Shown here one piece after another: positions 8,701 to 16,312 of a DNA stretch of 32,595 nt. The translations under genes were made by a program, and so were the position numbers. How positions within the stretch are numbered: position 1 is the stretch's first letter; each line of letters starts with the position of its first letter. Under the pieces are notes generated by a model that saw only the letters and a list, made by a program, of their open reading frames with translations, was not told where the DNA came from and did not search any database. The DNA comes from a virus (Duplodnaviria; Caudoviricetes), in the IMG/VR virus record IMGVR_UViG_3300047561_000635, positions 1 through 32,595 of that record, one strand, 5' to 3'.

Positions 8701-8838
8701 GGGAACAACTTTCCCCGCATCGCTCCGGGAACTCGGGAACTGTCCTAAGGGACAGTGTTCCCGTTCGTTCCCGATTCGCGCTGTTTTGCCCCCCAGAACT
8801 GTTCCCGAACAGTTCCCGCCTAGTTCCCGAGTTCCCGG
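8701..8838. repeat. Iteron-like GGGAAC/GTTCCC cluster with central palindrome; putative replication origin
   Basis: GGGAAC at 8701, 8727, 8735. GTTCCCG at 8757, 8767, 8801, 8812, 8823, 8831. ACTGTCC-TAAG-GGACAGT at 8739-8756. 17-bp inverted repeat 8725-8741/8822-8838. Lies directly after the primase-helicase stop. Confidence 0.7.
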
Positions 8839-8844
8839 CAGTTC

Positions 8845-10860
8845 TCACTTCTCATTTTTCCTGATCATCATCGCGCTGGCCTCTGCTGGATCGGTGACGA
8901 CCCACCCGCCATCGGCAGGCTCAATGATCTGCGAGACCAGCAGCTCAGATATTAACTTGCCACTTGCAGAAGGTCGAATATACACCTTTGCAGACGCCTC
9001 TTTCACATCCATTTTGTTCACCAAATAATCTAACAGCGCACCGCGCTCAATATAAGGCTGTCCATTCCTCTCTGGCGCACCTGATGCCCACCATGCATTT
9101 TCAATGGTGCGTCGATGTGTGGCCAGCCTATTATCCTGCTTTGGTTTTACTTGCTCACTTGATGCCACCACAACTGCGCTGGTGACCGACAATCCATCCT
9201 CGTCGAACCAGCCAGGGATCGTGACCTGATGCAGCTCCACGTTGATGTTTTCTGCCAATTCAGCATCCTTGCTCTTGCGCTGAATGATCTGCATGGGCGC
9301 ATCCTTAGTGCCTGGCACGATGCTCACCTCAATGTCCAAAGCGCCTCGCCATGCTGACGATCCACGGGCACGGTGCTGGGCCTCGTCGCTAACGCCCGTG
9401 TGGTGAACAAGAATCACGCTGCACTTGAATTCGTGCATCAATCGTGCGCAAGCGTCCAACATCGTTTTGGCATCTTGTGAGCTGTTCTCGTCGCCTGCTA
9501 AAAACCTGTGCAGCGTGTCCACCACAATCACGCCGGGTATACGGGGCAACGACCTGATATGCGCTGCGGCCAATTGATAGCCCTCGGGGGTGTTGAGATC
9601 GCAGCCCGATTGACTTAGCCACATCGACAGGCTGGTGACGCTGTTGTGGTGCTTCCACGCTGCGATGCGGCCACGCAAACCTTGGTGACCCTCGCCTGCA
9701 AGATAGACAATGTCGCAAGGCTTGACCTTGTGGCCCTGCCAATCTGTCTGACCGCTGGCAAGGTGCAGCACCCAATCCAGCACCACGAACGTCTTGCCGC
9801 CACCGGATGGGCCATGCACCATCACCAAGGCGTCGGCCTGTATCCAACGCTTCACCAGCCACCTGACCGGAGCTGGCTGGGCGCTGAACAAGTCAGCAGG
9901 TACCAGCCAATCGTTGACTGGTGGTGAGAGCAACGCCAACAGATCACCGCCTGCTTGGGCGTAGTCGTTCGCATCGCCTTCATCCGGCGGCATTACCATG
10001 CGTGCGCCGTGCTTGGCTGATGCCTGCTCGGCGTACCGCTGGCCGACTCCGCTTTTATCATTGTCGGCAACGATCACTAGGTCAGAAACTGGATGGAGCG
10101 CACGCAAGATGCCTGTCACGGGCACAAGGTTGCTGGCGCTGTACGCTACCACCACCGGCCTCGAGGTGACTTGGTGAATGGTCGCAGCGGTGGCGAAGCC
10201 TTCGGCAACGTAGATGCTGCCAGGCTCATCCATCAGCCCTAGCACCCAAAACTTGCCGCTTGTCTGCCCGCCTGGGTGGTACAGCTTGCCACCCTCGCCA
10301 TCAATATATTGAAGCGACGACATCGTGCCATCAGCATCGTACAAAGGCACCACCAGCCTGCCATCGCCTGTGACCCTTGCACCGTGGGGTGAGATGCCCT
10401 TGCGTTTGAGGTAGGGATGATCTGGCGAAGCACCTGTGCAGTCGACCCAGATTTGGTCAACCACATCCGCAGCCACCTCGTGCTTGCGGGCTTGCTCGAT
10501 GTCTCTGGCGGCTTTGGCCTCGCTCATCCTGCGAGCAAACGCCATCTCATCGGCTTGGTTGAGCTGCCTGCCCACCTCTGCCCGCCACGTCTGCTCCATG
10601 CCAGCACGCCAACAGCCAAAACGCCCTGCTGGGATGCCGTCAGAGAAGGCAATGTACCAACCAGGCCTGTCACCGTGGCCTGGCGATCCCTTGGTGCCGG
10701 AGCGGAAGCGGTGAATCTTGCCGTCAAGGTAGATGGTGTCGGGCGGCTCAAGGCCAACCTCGCGCATGGCGTCCTGGAGCTGCTGCTCCGGCGGGGCCAG
10801 CACGGGCGCTGGGGGTGGCGACCATGAGCCGCCGAGGATGTGTCTTAGATCAGCCATCAA
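8845..10860 (-). CDS. DNA primase-helicase (TOPRIM + RepA-like AAA_25 helicase)
   Basis: HPYLKRKGI, VAEGFATA, VADND and DANDY (TOPRIM); GPSGGGKT (Walker A), IVVDTLHR, LVHHTG and RARGSSAW (RepA/SF4-like). Confidence 0.9.
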   Translation of the reverse strand: MMADLRHILGGSWSPPPAPVLAPPEQQLQDAMREVGLEPPDTIYLDGKIHRFRSGTKGSPGHGDRPGWYIAFSDGIPAGRFGCWRAGMEQTWRAEVGRQLNQADEMAFARRMSEAKAARDIEQARKHEVAADVVDQIWVDCTGASPDHPYLKRKGISPHGARVTGDGRLVVPLYDADGTMSSLQYIDGEGGKLYHPGGQTSGKFWVLGLMDEPGSIYVAEGFATAATIHQVTSRPVVVAYSASNLVPVTGILRALHPVSDLVIVADNDKSGVGQRYAEQASAKHGARMVMPPDEGDANDYAQAGGDLLALLSPPVNDWLVPADLFSAQPAPVRWLVKRWIQADALVMVHGPSGGGKTFVVLDWVLHLASGQTDWQGHKVKPCDIVYLAGEGHQGLRGRIAAWKHHNSVTSLSMWLSQSGCDLNTPEGYQLAAAHIRSLPRIPGVIVVDTLHRFLAGDENSSQDAKTMLDACARLMHEFKCSVILVHHTGVSDEAQHRARGSSAWRGALDIEVSIVPGTKDAPMQIIQRKSKDAELAENINVELHQVTIPGWFDEDGLSVTSAVVVASSEQVKPKQDNRLATHRRTIENAWWASGAPERNGQPYIERGALLDYLVNKMDVKEASAKVYIRPSASGKLISELLVSQIIEPADGGWVVTDPAEASAMMIRKNEK

Positions 10861-11709
10861 TCAATCTCCACAAAAGCAACTAATTGCTTCTTCGTCTTTG
10901 TCAAACATATCGCGTTGCTCTTTGCTGAATTTCAGCATGGCGGCGTAGGAAGGTCTATCGGTACGGAACTTAGCACCGTCAGGCTTAGACGCCAACGCCA
11001 ACGCCAACGCCTCCATCTTTGCCCACCACACAGCACGTTCTGGTTTTTCTTGAATAAGAGAAAAAATTTGTGATCCTCCCTTCAAGTAACACAAATCGCA
11101 GTTGCCGTGCATGGTCACGCCGTTCATGTTTGGAAGCTCCAAATCAAACGGCATGGCTCTCCAGAACTCTCCGACCATTTTTTTGGTGATGCCTGCTCGA
11201 CCAAGTGGCGCTAACTTTTCTTCGTGCTTGCCGTAGTCTTGCTGACCAATCTTTGCCAGCCTTCGCTGCTCATCGGCCCTGATGCCAAGCATTGACTCCC
11301 ATTCAATCCATCCAATGCTTTTTAAGTAGCGGTGAATGGCCCTGACCTTCAACTCCACCGTACAAAACCGACTGACGGGATTGGGCAAGTAGTTGCGTTT
11401 GCGAATGACTGCCTCAAACGGCTCACCGTTCCTGCTGGCCGTCTCAAAATCAACAACGCGAAACCGATCCTTAGTTTCATCAGCATTGATGTACTCCACC
11501 CAAGCAATCGGAATTTCCCATTCTTGGGCACATCGGTCAACAAAACGCAACGTTGCCTCGTCCTCCTTGCCTGTGTTCGCAAAACACACCCGCGCCTCGT
11601 CTGGCAACCCGCCGTTGCTTTGGAGGACGCGCCACAACATATAAGCACTTGTGCGGCCACCAGAAAACGAGATGCAAGTAGGACTGTCTATCTTAAACGG
11701 GTCACTCAT
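10861..11709 (-). CDS. PAPS-reductase-family (PP-loop) protein
   Basis: ISFSGGRTSAYM PP-loop, FANTGKE, RFCTVELK, GIRADE, GNCDLCYLK and C-terminal CFCGD. Confidence 0.8.
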   Translation of the reverse strand: MSDPFKIDSPTCISFSGGRTSAYMLWRVLQSNGGLPDEARVCFANTGKEDEATLRFVDRCAQEWEIPIAWVEYINADETKDRFRVVDFETASRNGEPFEAVIRKRNYLPNPVSRFCTVELKVRAIHRYLKSIGWIEWESMLGIRADEQRRLAKIGQQDYGKHEEKLAPLGRAGITKKMVGEFWRAMPFDLELPNMNGVTMHGNCDLCYLKGGSQIFSLIQEKPERAVWWAKMEALALALASKPDGAKFRTDRPSYAAMLKFSKEQRDMFDKDEEAISCFCGD

Positions 11710-11887
11710 TAACCGTCACCGTACTGGTGTCGCGCAGATAGTTCTCAATTGAGCGCATGGTTGACTTGCTTGGCCGAGTCTTGCCGTTGACGAGCCTGTA
11801 TAGCGTGAACACGCTCAGTCCTGTGGCCTCTGCTACTACCGGCAGTCGGCGGTCAGCTAGGCGTTGTTGAATTTCGGTGAGGTTCAT
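11702..11887 (-). CDS. Cro-like helix-turn-helix regulator
   Basis: MNLTEIQQRL..VAEATGLSVFTLYRLVNGKTRPSKST is an XRE-type HTH. It is the first gene of the leftward arm; likely start ATG 11887. Confidence 0.75.
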   Translation of the reverse strand: MNLTEIQQRLADRRLPVVAEATGLSVFTLYRLVNGKTRPSKSTMRSIENYLRDTSTVTVNE

Positions 11888-11915
11888 AAATGTCAAAAAA
11901 AGTTGCAGAAAGTGC

Positions 11916-11944
11916 TTGCATCCTAGCATCAATGCCGCTACAGT
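11916..11944 (+). promoter_or_regulatory. Rightward sigma70-like promoter
   Basis: TTGCAT (11916-21), 17-bp spacer, TACAGT (11939-44), with an A-tract upstream. Confidence 0.55.
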
Positions 11945-11948
11945 TCAA
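11920..11948 (-). promoter_or_regulatory. Leftward sigma70-like promoter overlapping the rightward one
   Basis: Minus strand TTGAAC (11948-43), 17-bp spacer, TGC-TAGGAT (-10 at 11925-20, extended TG). Upstream of the HTH gene. Confidence 0.55.
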
Positions 11949-11949
11949 C

Positions 11950-11979
11950 TCATGCGCTGAACAGATTGTCTGACCAGCG
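11950..11979 (+). promoter_or_regulatory. Leader hairpin, copy 1
   Basis: TCATG-CGCTG-AA-CAGA-TTG-TCTG-AC-CAGCG; homologous to 12197-12228. Confidence 0.55.
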
Positions 11980-11998
11980 GGCCACCAAGGAACTGACC

Positions 11999-12145
11999 AT
12001 GAACACCTACCTTATTACCGCCTACGCAAAACTTTTCACCATCATTCGCCATGTGCAGGCCAACAGCACCAGCGAAGCAGCAGCGCAACTTGACCAGACC
12101 GGCATCAGGTTGATGTGGGTTGAGTTGGCTGTGTTTGAAGACTAA
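11999..12145 (+). CDS. Small early protein (48 aa)
   Basis: Below the ORF-track cutoff. AAGGA RBS; MNTYLITAYAKLFTIIRHVQANSTSEAAAQLDQTGIRLMWVELAVFED. Confidence 0.6.
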   Translation: MNTYLITAYAKLFTIIRHVQANSTSEAAAQLDQTGIRLMWVELAVFED

Positions 12146-12162
12146 ATAAATTGCAAAAAGTC

Positions 12163-12192
12163 AGCACAGGCTGCAAAAGCCTGTGCTATGAT
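12163..12192 (+). promoter_or_regulatory. Second rightward promoter (extended -10) overlapped by a 10-bp inverted repeat
   Basis: TGC-TATGAT (-10 at 12187-92); AGCACAGGCT-GCAAA-AGCCTGTGCT at 12163-12187. Confidence 0.5.
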
Positions 12193-12196
12193 TGCA

Positions 12197-12228
12197 TCAT
12201 GCGCTGACCGGATGTTCCGACAAGCGCA
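12197..12228 (+). promoter_or_regulatory. Leader hairpin, copy 2
   Basis: TCA-TGCGCT-GAC-CGGA-TGT-TCCG-ACA-AGCGCA, followed by the RBS AGGAG. Confidence 0.55.
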
Positions 12229-12244
12229 AAACAGGAGAAGCAAA

Positions 12245-12526
12245 ATGGAACAGAGCATGAACAAGCACACACCGGGGCCGTGGAGTGCTTCCGAAGAGTT
12301 TGACGACGGCGAAAGCCTTGGCATCGCCATCACAGCGGGCCGACTGGGTCAAGTTGTGCGCGTCTTTGACGTCGGCCAAGAGGGGTTTGCAAACGCAGCC
12401 CTGATCGCTGCTGCGCCAGAACTGCTGGCTGCTCTGGAACACGTTCTAGACCGCGCCACCATGCCGAAGTTCCTGCGCGACAAGGTGAAAGCCGCCATTG
12501 CCAAGGCTACGGGGGTGGCGGCATGA
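12245..12526 (+). CDS. Phage hypothetical protein (HTPGPW...ANAALIAAAPELL family)
   Basis: AGGAG RBS then ATG 12245; the motif pair is common in small early phage proteins. Confidence 0.75.
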   Translation: MEQSMNKHTPGPWSASEEFDDGESLGIAITAGRLGQVVRVFDVGQEGFANAALIAAAPELLAALEHVLDRATMPKFLRDKVKAAIAKATGVAA

Positions 12527-12621
12527 AGCGCCTGCTGATCGAGGTGGCCCAAGCCACCCTAGCCGCCGCCATCATCGGCGCACCGTTCTTCTACTACTTC
12601 ATCTTTGTGATGAAGCCCTAA
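12523..12621 (+). CDS. Small membrane peptide (32 aa)
   Basis: ATGA overlap with the upstream gene; MKRLLIEVAQATLAAAIIGAPFFYYFIFVMKP has a single hydrophobic segment. Confidence 0.6.
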   Translation: MKRLLIEVAQATLAAAIIGAPFFYYFIFVMKP

Positions 12622-12681
12622 TGCTTTACCGCCGCCGGTCGGCCACCGGCACCTACCAACGCCAAACCGGAGAAACCCAAC

Positions 12682-13356
12682 ATGGCTATTTCACTCAAAA
12701 CCACCAGCGGCCTGTCGGCCAACGGGGTCAAAGTCTTGGTGTACGGCCAAGCAGGGGCTGGTAAAACCAGCCTCATTAAGACGCTGCCCGATGTGGTGGT
12801 GCTATCAGCGGAGGGTGGACTGCTGTCCATTCAGGACGCCGACTTGCCCTACCTCGAGATCACCAGCATGGCTGATCTCATGGAAGCCTATGAGTGGCTT
12901 TCCAGCGGCGAGGCCAAGAAGTTTCAGAGCGTTGCCCTTGACTCAATTAGCGAGATTGCCGAGGTGTGCCTTGGCATTGAAAAGAAGGCAGCAAAAGACG
13001 TGAGGCAAGCATACGGTGCCATGCAAGAAGCAATGGCCGACGTCATTCGAGCCTTCCGCGATCTTCCAGGCAGGCACGTCCTGATGACCGCGAAACTGGA
13101 GAAAGCCACCGATGAAATGGGGCGCATTTTGTATAGCCCATCAATGCCGGGTAACAAGACCGGCCAGAGCCTGCCTTATTTTTTTGATGAAGTGCTGGCC
13201 CTGCGCGTCGAGAAAGACGCCGACGGCGTGAGCCAGCGTGCGTTGATGTGTGACTCGGACGGTCTTTGGATTGCCAAGGATCGCAGCGGAAAGCTGTCGC
13301 CTTGGGAGGCACCTGACCTTGGCGAGATTATCAAGAAGATCGGTGGTCAGACATGA
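12682..13356 (+). CDS. AAA_24 / Sak4-like ATPase (single-strand annealing recombinase family)
   Basis: LVYGQAGAGKT, VALDSISE, AKDRSG; sits near DUF669 SSB and nuclease genes, as in Sak4 modules. Confidence 0.8.
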   Translation: MAISLKTTSGLSANGVKVLVYGQAGAGKTSLIKTLPDVVVLSAEGGLLSIQDADLPYLEITSMADLMEAYEWLSSGEAKKFQSVALDSISEIAEVCLGIEKKAAKDVRQAYGAMQEAMADVIRAFRDLPGRHVLMTAKLEKATDEMGRILYSPSMPGNKTGQSLPYFFDEVLALRVEKDADGVSQRALMCDSDGLWIAKDRSGKLSPWEAPDLGEIIKKIGGQT

Positions 13357-13739
13357 GGCCCATGCGCGAGATTGCCGCTGAATGGGCGGCCGAGAAAGAG
13401 GTTGAGCGTCAAGCCACCGAGAACCGCCGAATCCTTGAGGACGAAATGGTCAAGTCATTTGGCTTGCAACCTGACCTCGACAGCACCGTCACCAAAGACG
13501 TTGATGGTTACGTCATCAAGATCACGGGACGCATTGACCGCAAGGTTGACGCCGACAAGATTCAAGAACTTGCTGCCCAGCACGGTCTTGAGTCGCACCT
13601 TGGCACGTTGTGCCGTTGGAAACCAGAGTTGAACATAACCGTATGGAAGAACACCAGCCCACAAATCACGTCTCTTTTGGCCCCAGCGATCACCGCGAAA
13701 CCCGGTCGGCCAAGCTTTACCGTCAATCACAAGGAGTAA
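13353..13739 (+). CDS. Conserved hypothetical protein of the recombination module
   Basis: ATGA overlap; RWKPEL..W and AITAKPGRPSF motifs. Confidence 0.7.
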   Translation: MRPMREIAAEWAAEKEVERQATENRRILEDEMVKSFGLQPDLDSTVTKDVDGYVIKITGRIDRKVDADKIQELAAQHGLESHLGTLCRWKPELNITVWKNTSPQITSLLAPAITAKPGRPSFTVNHKE

Positions 13740-13744
13740 GAACG

Positions 13745-14227
13745 ATGAAACTTTCAGAAACCTACAGCGCAGCCGAGCTGCAACCGTCCCAGTCCTATGA
13801 CCTTTTGCCGTCTGGCTGGTATACCTGCATCATCACTGAGGCAGAACTCAAGACCACGAAGGCCGGAACTGGCGAGTACATCAAGGTGCGCTATGACGTG
13901 ACCGGCCCGAGCTGCCAAGGCCGTTGCGTTTTCGGCAACTTCAACATCAAGAACCCAAACGCCAAGGCCGAGGAGATTGGCCGGCAGCAACTGGGTGATC
14001 TGATGCGTGCCTTGGGACTGCCTGCGGTTAACGACACAGACCAGCTCATCAACGGCCATCTGAGCATCAAGGTAGACATTCGGCCAGCATCAGGCGAATA
14101 CGGCGCTCAGAACGAGGTGAAGGGCTGGAAGTCCAACACCGGCAGCTTACCGCCGCAGCCTAAGCCAGACGCAGCAGCAACTGGCAATGCCAGCACCAAG
14201 GCCGCGCCACCGTGGGCGCGTAAGTAA
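13745..14227 (+). CDS. DUF669-like single-stranded DNA-binding protein
   Basis: AAGGAG RBS, ATG 13745; YDLLPSGWY, TKAGTGEY, QNEVKG and C-terminal PPWARK. Confidence 0.75.
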   Translation: MKLSETYSAAELQPSQSYDLLPSGWYTCIITEAELKTTKAGTGEYIKVRYDVTGPSCQGRCVFGNFNIKNPNAKAEEIGRQQLGDLMRALGLPAVNDTDQLINGHLSIKVDIRPASGEYGAQNEVKGWKSNTGSLPPQPKPDAAATGNASTKAAPPWARK

Positions 14228-14233
14228 AAAGGC

Positions 14234-14323
14234 GGGGCGCTCGATTTGGTCGTCGATAAAGCTGAGTGGAAAGTCAGAAAAACCTCAGCGTTGACATCCT
14301 CGATTGCTGACTTGACGCGCCCC
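14234..14323 (+). ncRNA. Candidate structured cis-RNA with a pseudoknot
   Basis: GGGGCGC/GCGCCCC, GTCGAT/GTTGAC and GCTGAG/CTCAGC stems; loop AAGTCAG is complementary to downstream CTGACTT. Confidence 0.5.
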
Positions 14324-14351
14324 AAACTGAACTGAACAAAGGAGAGAACCA

Positions 14352-15380
14352 ATGGAGATTCCCCAGCCAGAGAATACCATCACGGCGCTAATCGACAAGC
14401 ACCATGAGGCGCAGGCCCAGCAAGAGATGCCACGCCCTCACATGGGCTGCTCCATCGTCGGCCATCCCTGTGATCGCTGGCTGTGGCTGAACTTTCGCTT
14501 TGCGGTCAAGCCAGCGTTCCCCGGCAGAGTCCTGCGGATGTTCAGACGGGGCCGGAACGAGGAAGCCACCATCATTGATGATCTGAGGGCCATCGGCATC
14601 AAGGTGCGGGCGCTCGAGGCCCAGATGCGGGTGGAGTTTGGCAGTCACCTGTCGGGCAGCATTGACGCCATCCTCGAGGGTGGTGTGCCAGGCGCAGTCA
14701 AGACCAAGCACATTGCCGAATTTAAGACGCACTCAAGCAAGAGCTTTGCCGATGTAGTCAAGCAAGGCGTCGAGAAGTCAAAACCCGAACACTTTGTGCA
14801 GATGCAGTTGTACATGGCGGGGACAGGCATCCATCGAGCCCTGTATCTTGCCGTCAACAAGGACGACGACAGCATTCACACCGAACGGCTGGCGTATGAC
14901 GCAGCGGTGGCCGACAAGTACATCAAGCGAGGCCAAAGGATCGCGCTGGCCGACCGGATGCCCGAGCCGCTGAGTACCGATCCCAGTTGGTATCAATGCA
15001 AGTGGTGCCCAGCTTACTCAATGTGCCATGAGGCGCAGCCAACCCGCGAGGTTAACTGCCGCACCTGTGCCCACAGCACAGCCAAGGCCGACAGCACCTG
15101 GCATTGCGCCAGACACGATGCTGACGACATCCCGCTCGAGTGGCAAGTCAGCGGCTGCGAGAGCCATGTCTTGCATCCTGATCTCGTGCATTGGAAGCGC
15201 AAGGATGGCCCGAATGAGTGGACTGCGATCTATGTCATCGACGGCAAAGATGTCTGCAATGGCGACCCAGACGCGCATATTTACTCCAGCAAGGAACTGC
15301 TGGCTAATCCGTCAATGTGCGCCGCTGGGGATGCGGAAATTGAGAGGCTGCGGGGGAACGGGGCGAGGGTGGTGGGGTGA
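14352..15380 (+). CDS. Cas4-like PD-(D/E)XK exonuclease with a Cys cluster
   Basis: GHPCDRWLW, GSIDA..AEFKT, QMQLYM, CKWCPAYSMC, plus CRTCAH..C..C. Confidence 0.8.
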   Translation: MEIPQPENTITALIDKHHEAQAQQEMPRPHMGCSIVGHPCDRWLWLNFRFAVKPAFPGRVLRMFRRGRNEEATIIDDLRAIGIKVRALEAQMRVEFGSHLSGSIDAILEGGVPGAVKTKHIAEFKTHSSKSFADVVKQGVEKSKPEHFVQMQLYMAGTGIHRALYLAVNKDDDSIHTERLAYDAAVADKYIKRGQRIALADRMPEPLSTDPSWYQCKWCPAYSMCHEAQPTREVNCRTCAHSTAKADSTWHCARHDADDIPLEWQVSGCESHVLHPDLVHWKRKDGPNEWTAIYVIDGKDVCNGDPDAHIYSSKELLANPSMCAAGDAEIERLRGNGARVVG

Positions 15381-16312
15381 ACAAGATTGAATTTGGGGAT
15401 TGCAGGACAACCATGCGCCGCTGGAAAGAGCAGGGCATCAAAGCGCAAACTTGCGTGACTAGCCCACCCTACTACGGCTTGCGCGACTACGGGCACGATG
15501 GGCAGATTGGTCTGGAAGAAACACCAGAAGACTACATCACGGCAATGGTCGAAGTGTTTCGTTGCGTTTGGGATGTGCTGGAAGACAACGGGACGCTGTG
15601 GTTGAACATTGGGGACAGCTACTACAACTACCGGCCTGGCCAAGGTCAACGCCAAGGCAAACAATCAATTGCAAGTCAGAAATTTTCAGAGGTCGAGGTT
15701 TGTCATAAGCGGGGCTTAAAACTTGACGGCCTAAAAGAAAAAGACCTGATTGGCATTCCGTGGATGCTGGCCTTCGCCCTTCGCGCAGATGGTTGGTATT
15801 TGAGACAAGACATTATCTGGCACAAACCAAACCCCATGCCTGAGTCGGTGCAAGACAGATGCACTAAGGCGCATGAGTACATCTTCCTGATGAGCAAGGC
15901 GCAGCAGTATCACTATGACCATGAGGCTATCAAAGAGCAATCAACATCTAAAAGCGAAGGCAAAAGATTTGGCGGTAACAAATACGGGGATGATGATGAT
16001 CCCAAATATGCAACCAAGTCAGGCAATGTCAGCAAAGAATACGACAAGGCAAACAAACGAAGTGTTTGGACGGTCACCACCAAACCTTACGCTGGAGCAC
16101 ACTTTGCCGTTTTCCCATCCGACCTGATTGAACCTTGCATCCTTGCTGGCGCACCCGTTGGTGGCATTGTGCTTGACCCGTTTATGGGCAGCGGAACAAC
16201 GGCGCAAGTGGCCCAGAATCTTGGGCGGCAGTACCTTGGATGTGAACTGAATCCAGAGTACGAAGCATTGCAGCAAAGTCGGCTGAGTCAATTAAGTTTG
16301 GGGTTGGAATGA
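15377..16312 (+). CDS. DNA methyltransferase, beta class (SPPY; probably N4-cytosine)
   Basis: VTSPPYYGLRDY, IIWHKPNPMPES, HFAVFP and VLDPFMGSGTT. Confidence 0.9.
   Translation: MNKIEFGDCRTTMRRWKEQGIKAQTCVTSPPYYGLRDYGHDGQIGLEETPEDYITAMVEVFRCVWDVLEDNGTLWLNIGDSYYNYRPGQGQRQGKQSIASQKFSEVEVCHKRGLKLDGLKEKDLIGIPWMLAFALRADGWYLRQDIIWHKPNPMPESVQDRCTKAHEYIFLMSKAQQYHYDHEAIKEQSTSKSEGKRFGGNKYGDDDDPKYATKSGNVSKEYDKANKRSVWTVTTKPYAGAHFAVFPSDLIEPCILAGAPVGGIVLDPFMGSGTTAQVAQNLGRQYLGCELNPEYEALQQSRLSQLSLGLE

Noticed and set aside
8701-8838. GTTCCC repeats as a CRISPR array
   Set aside because: Units are only 6-7 bp, irregularly spaced and in both orientations, with no spacer-length intervals.
10989-11011. (ACGCCA)n tandem repeat as a phase-variation tract
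   Set aside because: The 6-nt unit is in frame (ALALALA) with under four copies, so slippage would not switch the gene off.
14261-14277. CTGAG..GAAA as a hammerhead ribozyme core
   Set aside because: CUGANGA is not matched (CTGAGTG) and no stem II separates it from GAAA.
14352-15380. Cas4-like nuclease as evidence of CRISPR-Cas
   Set aside because: No repeat-spacer array or other cas genes; it sits in a standard Sak4/SSB recombination module.
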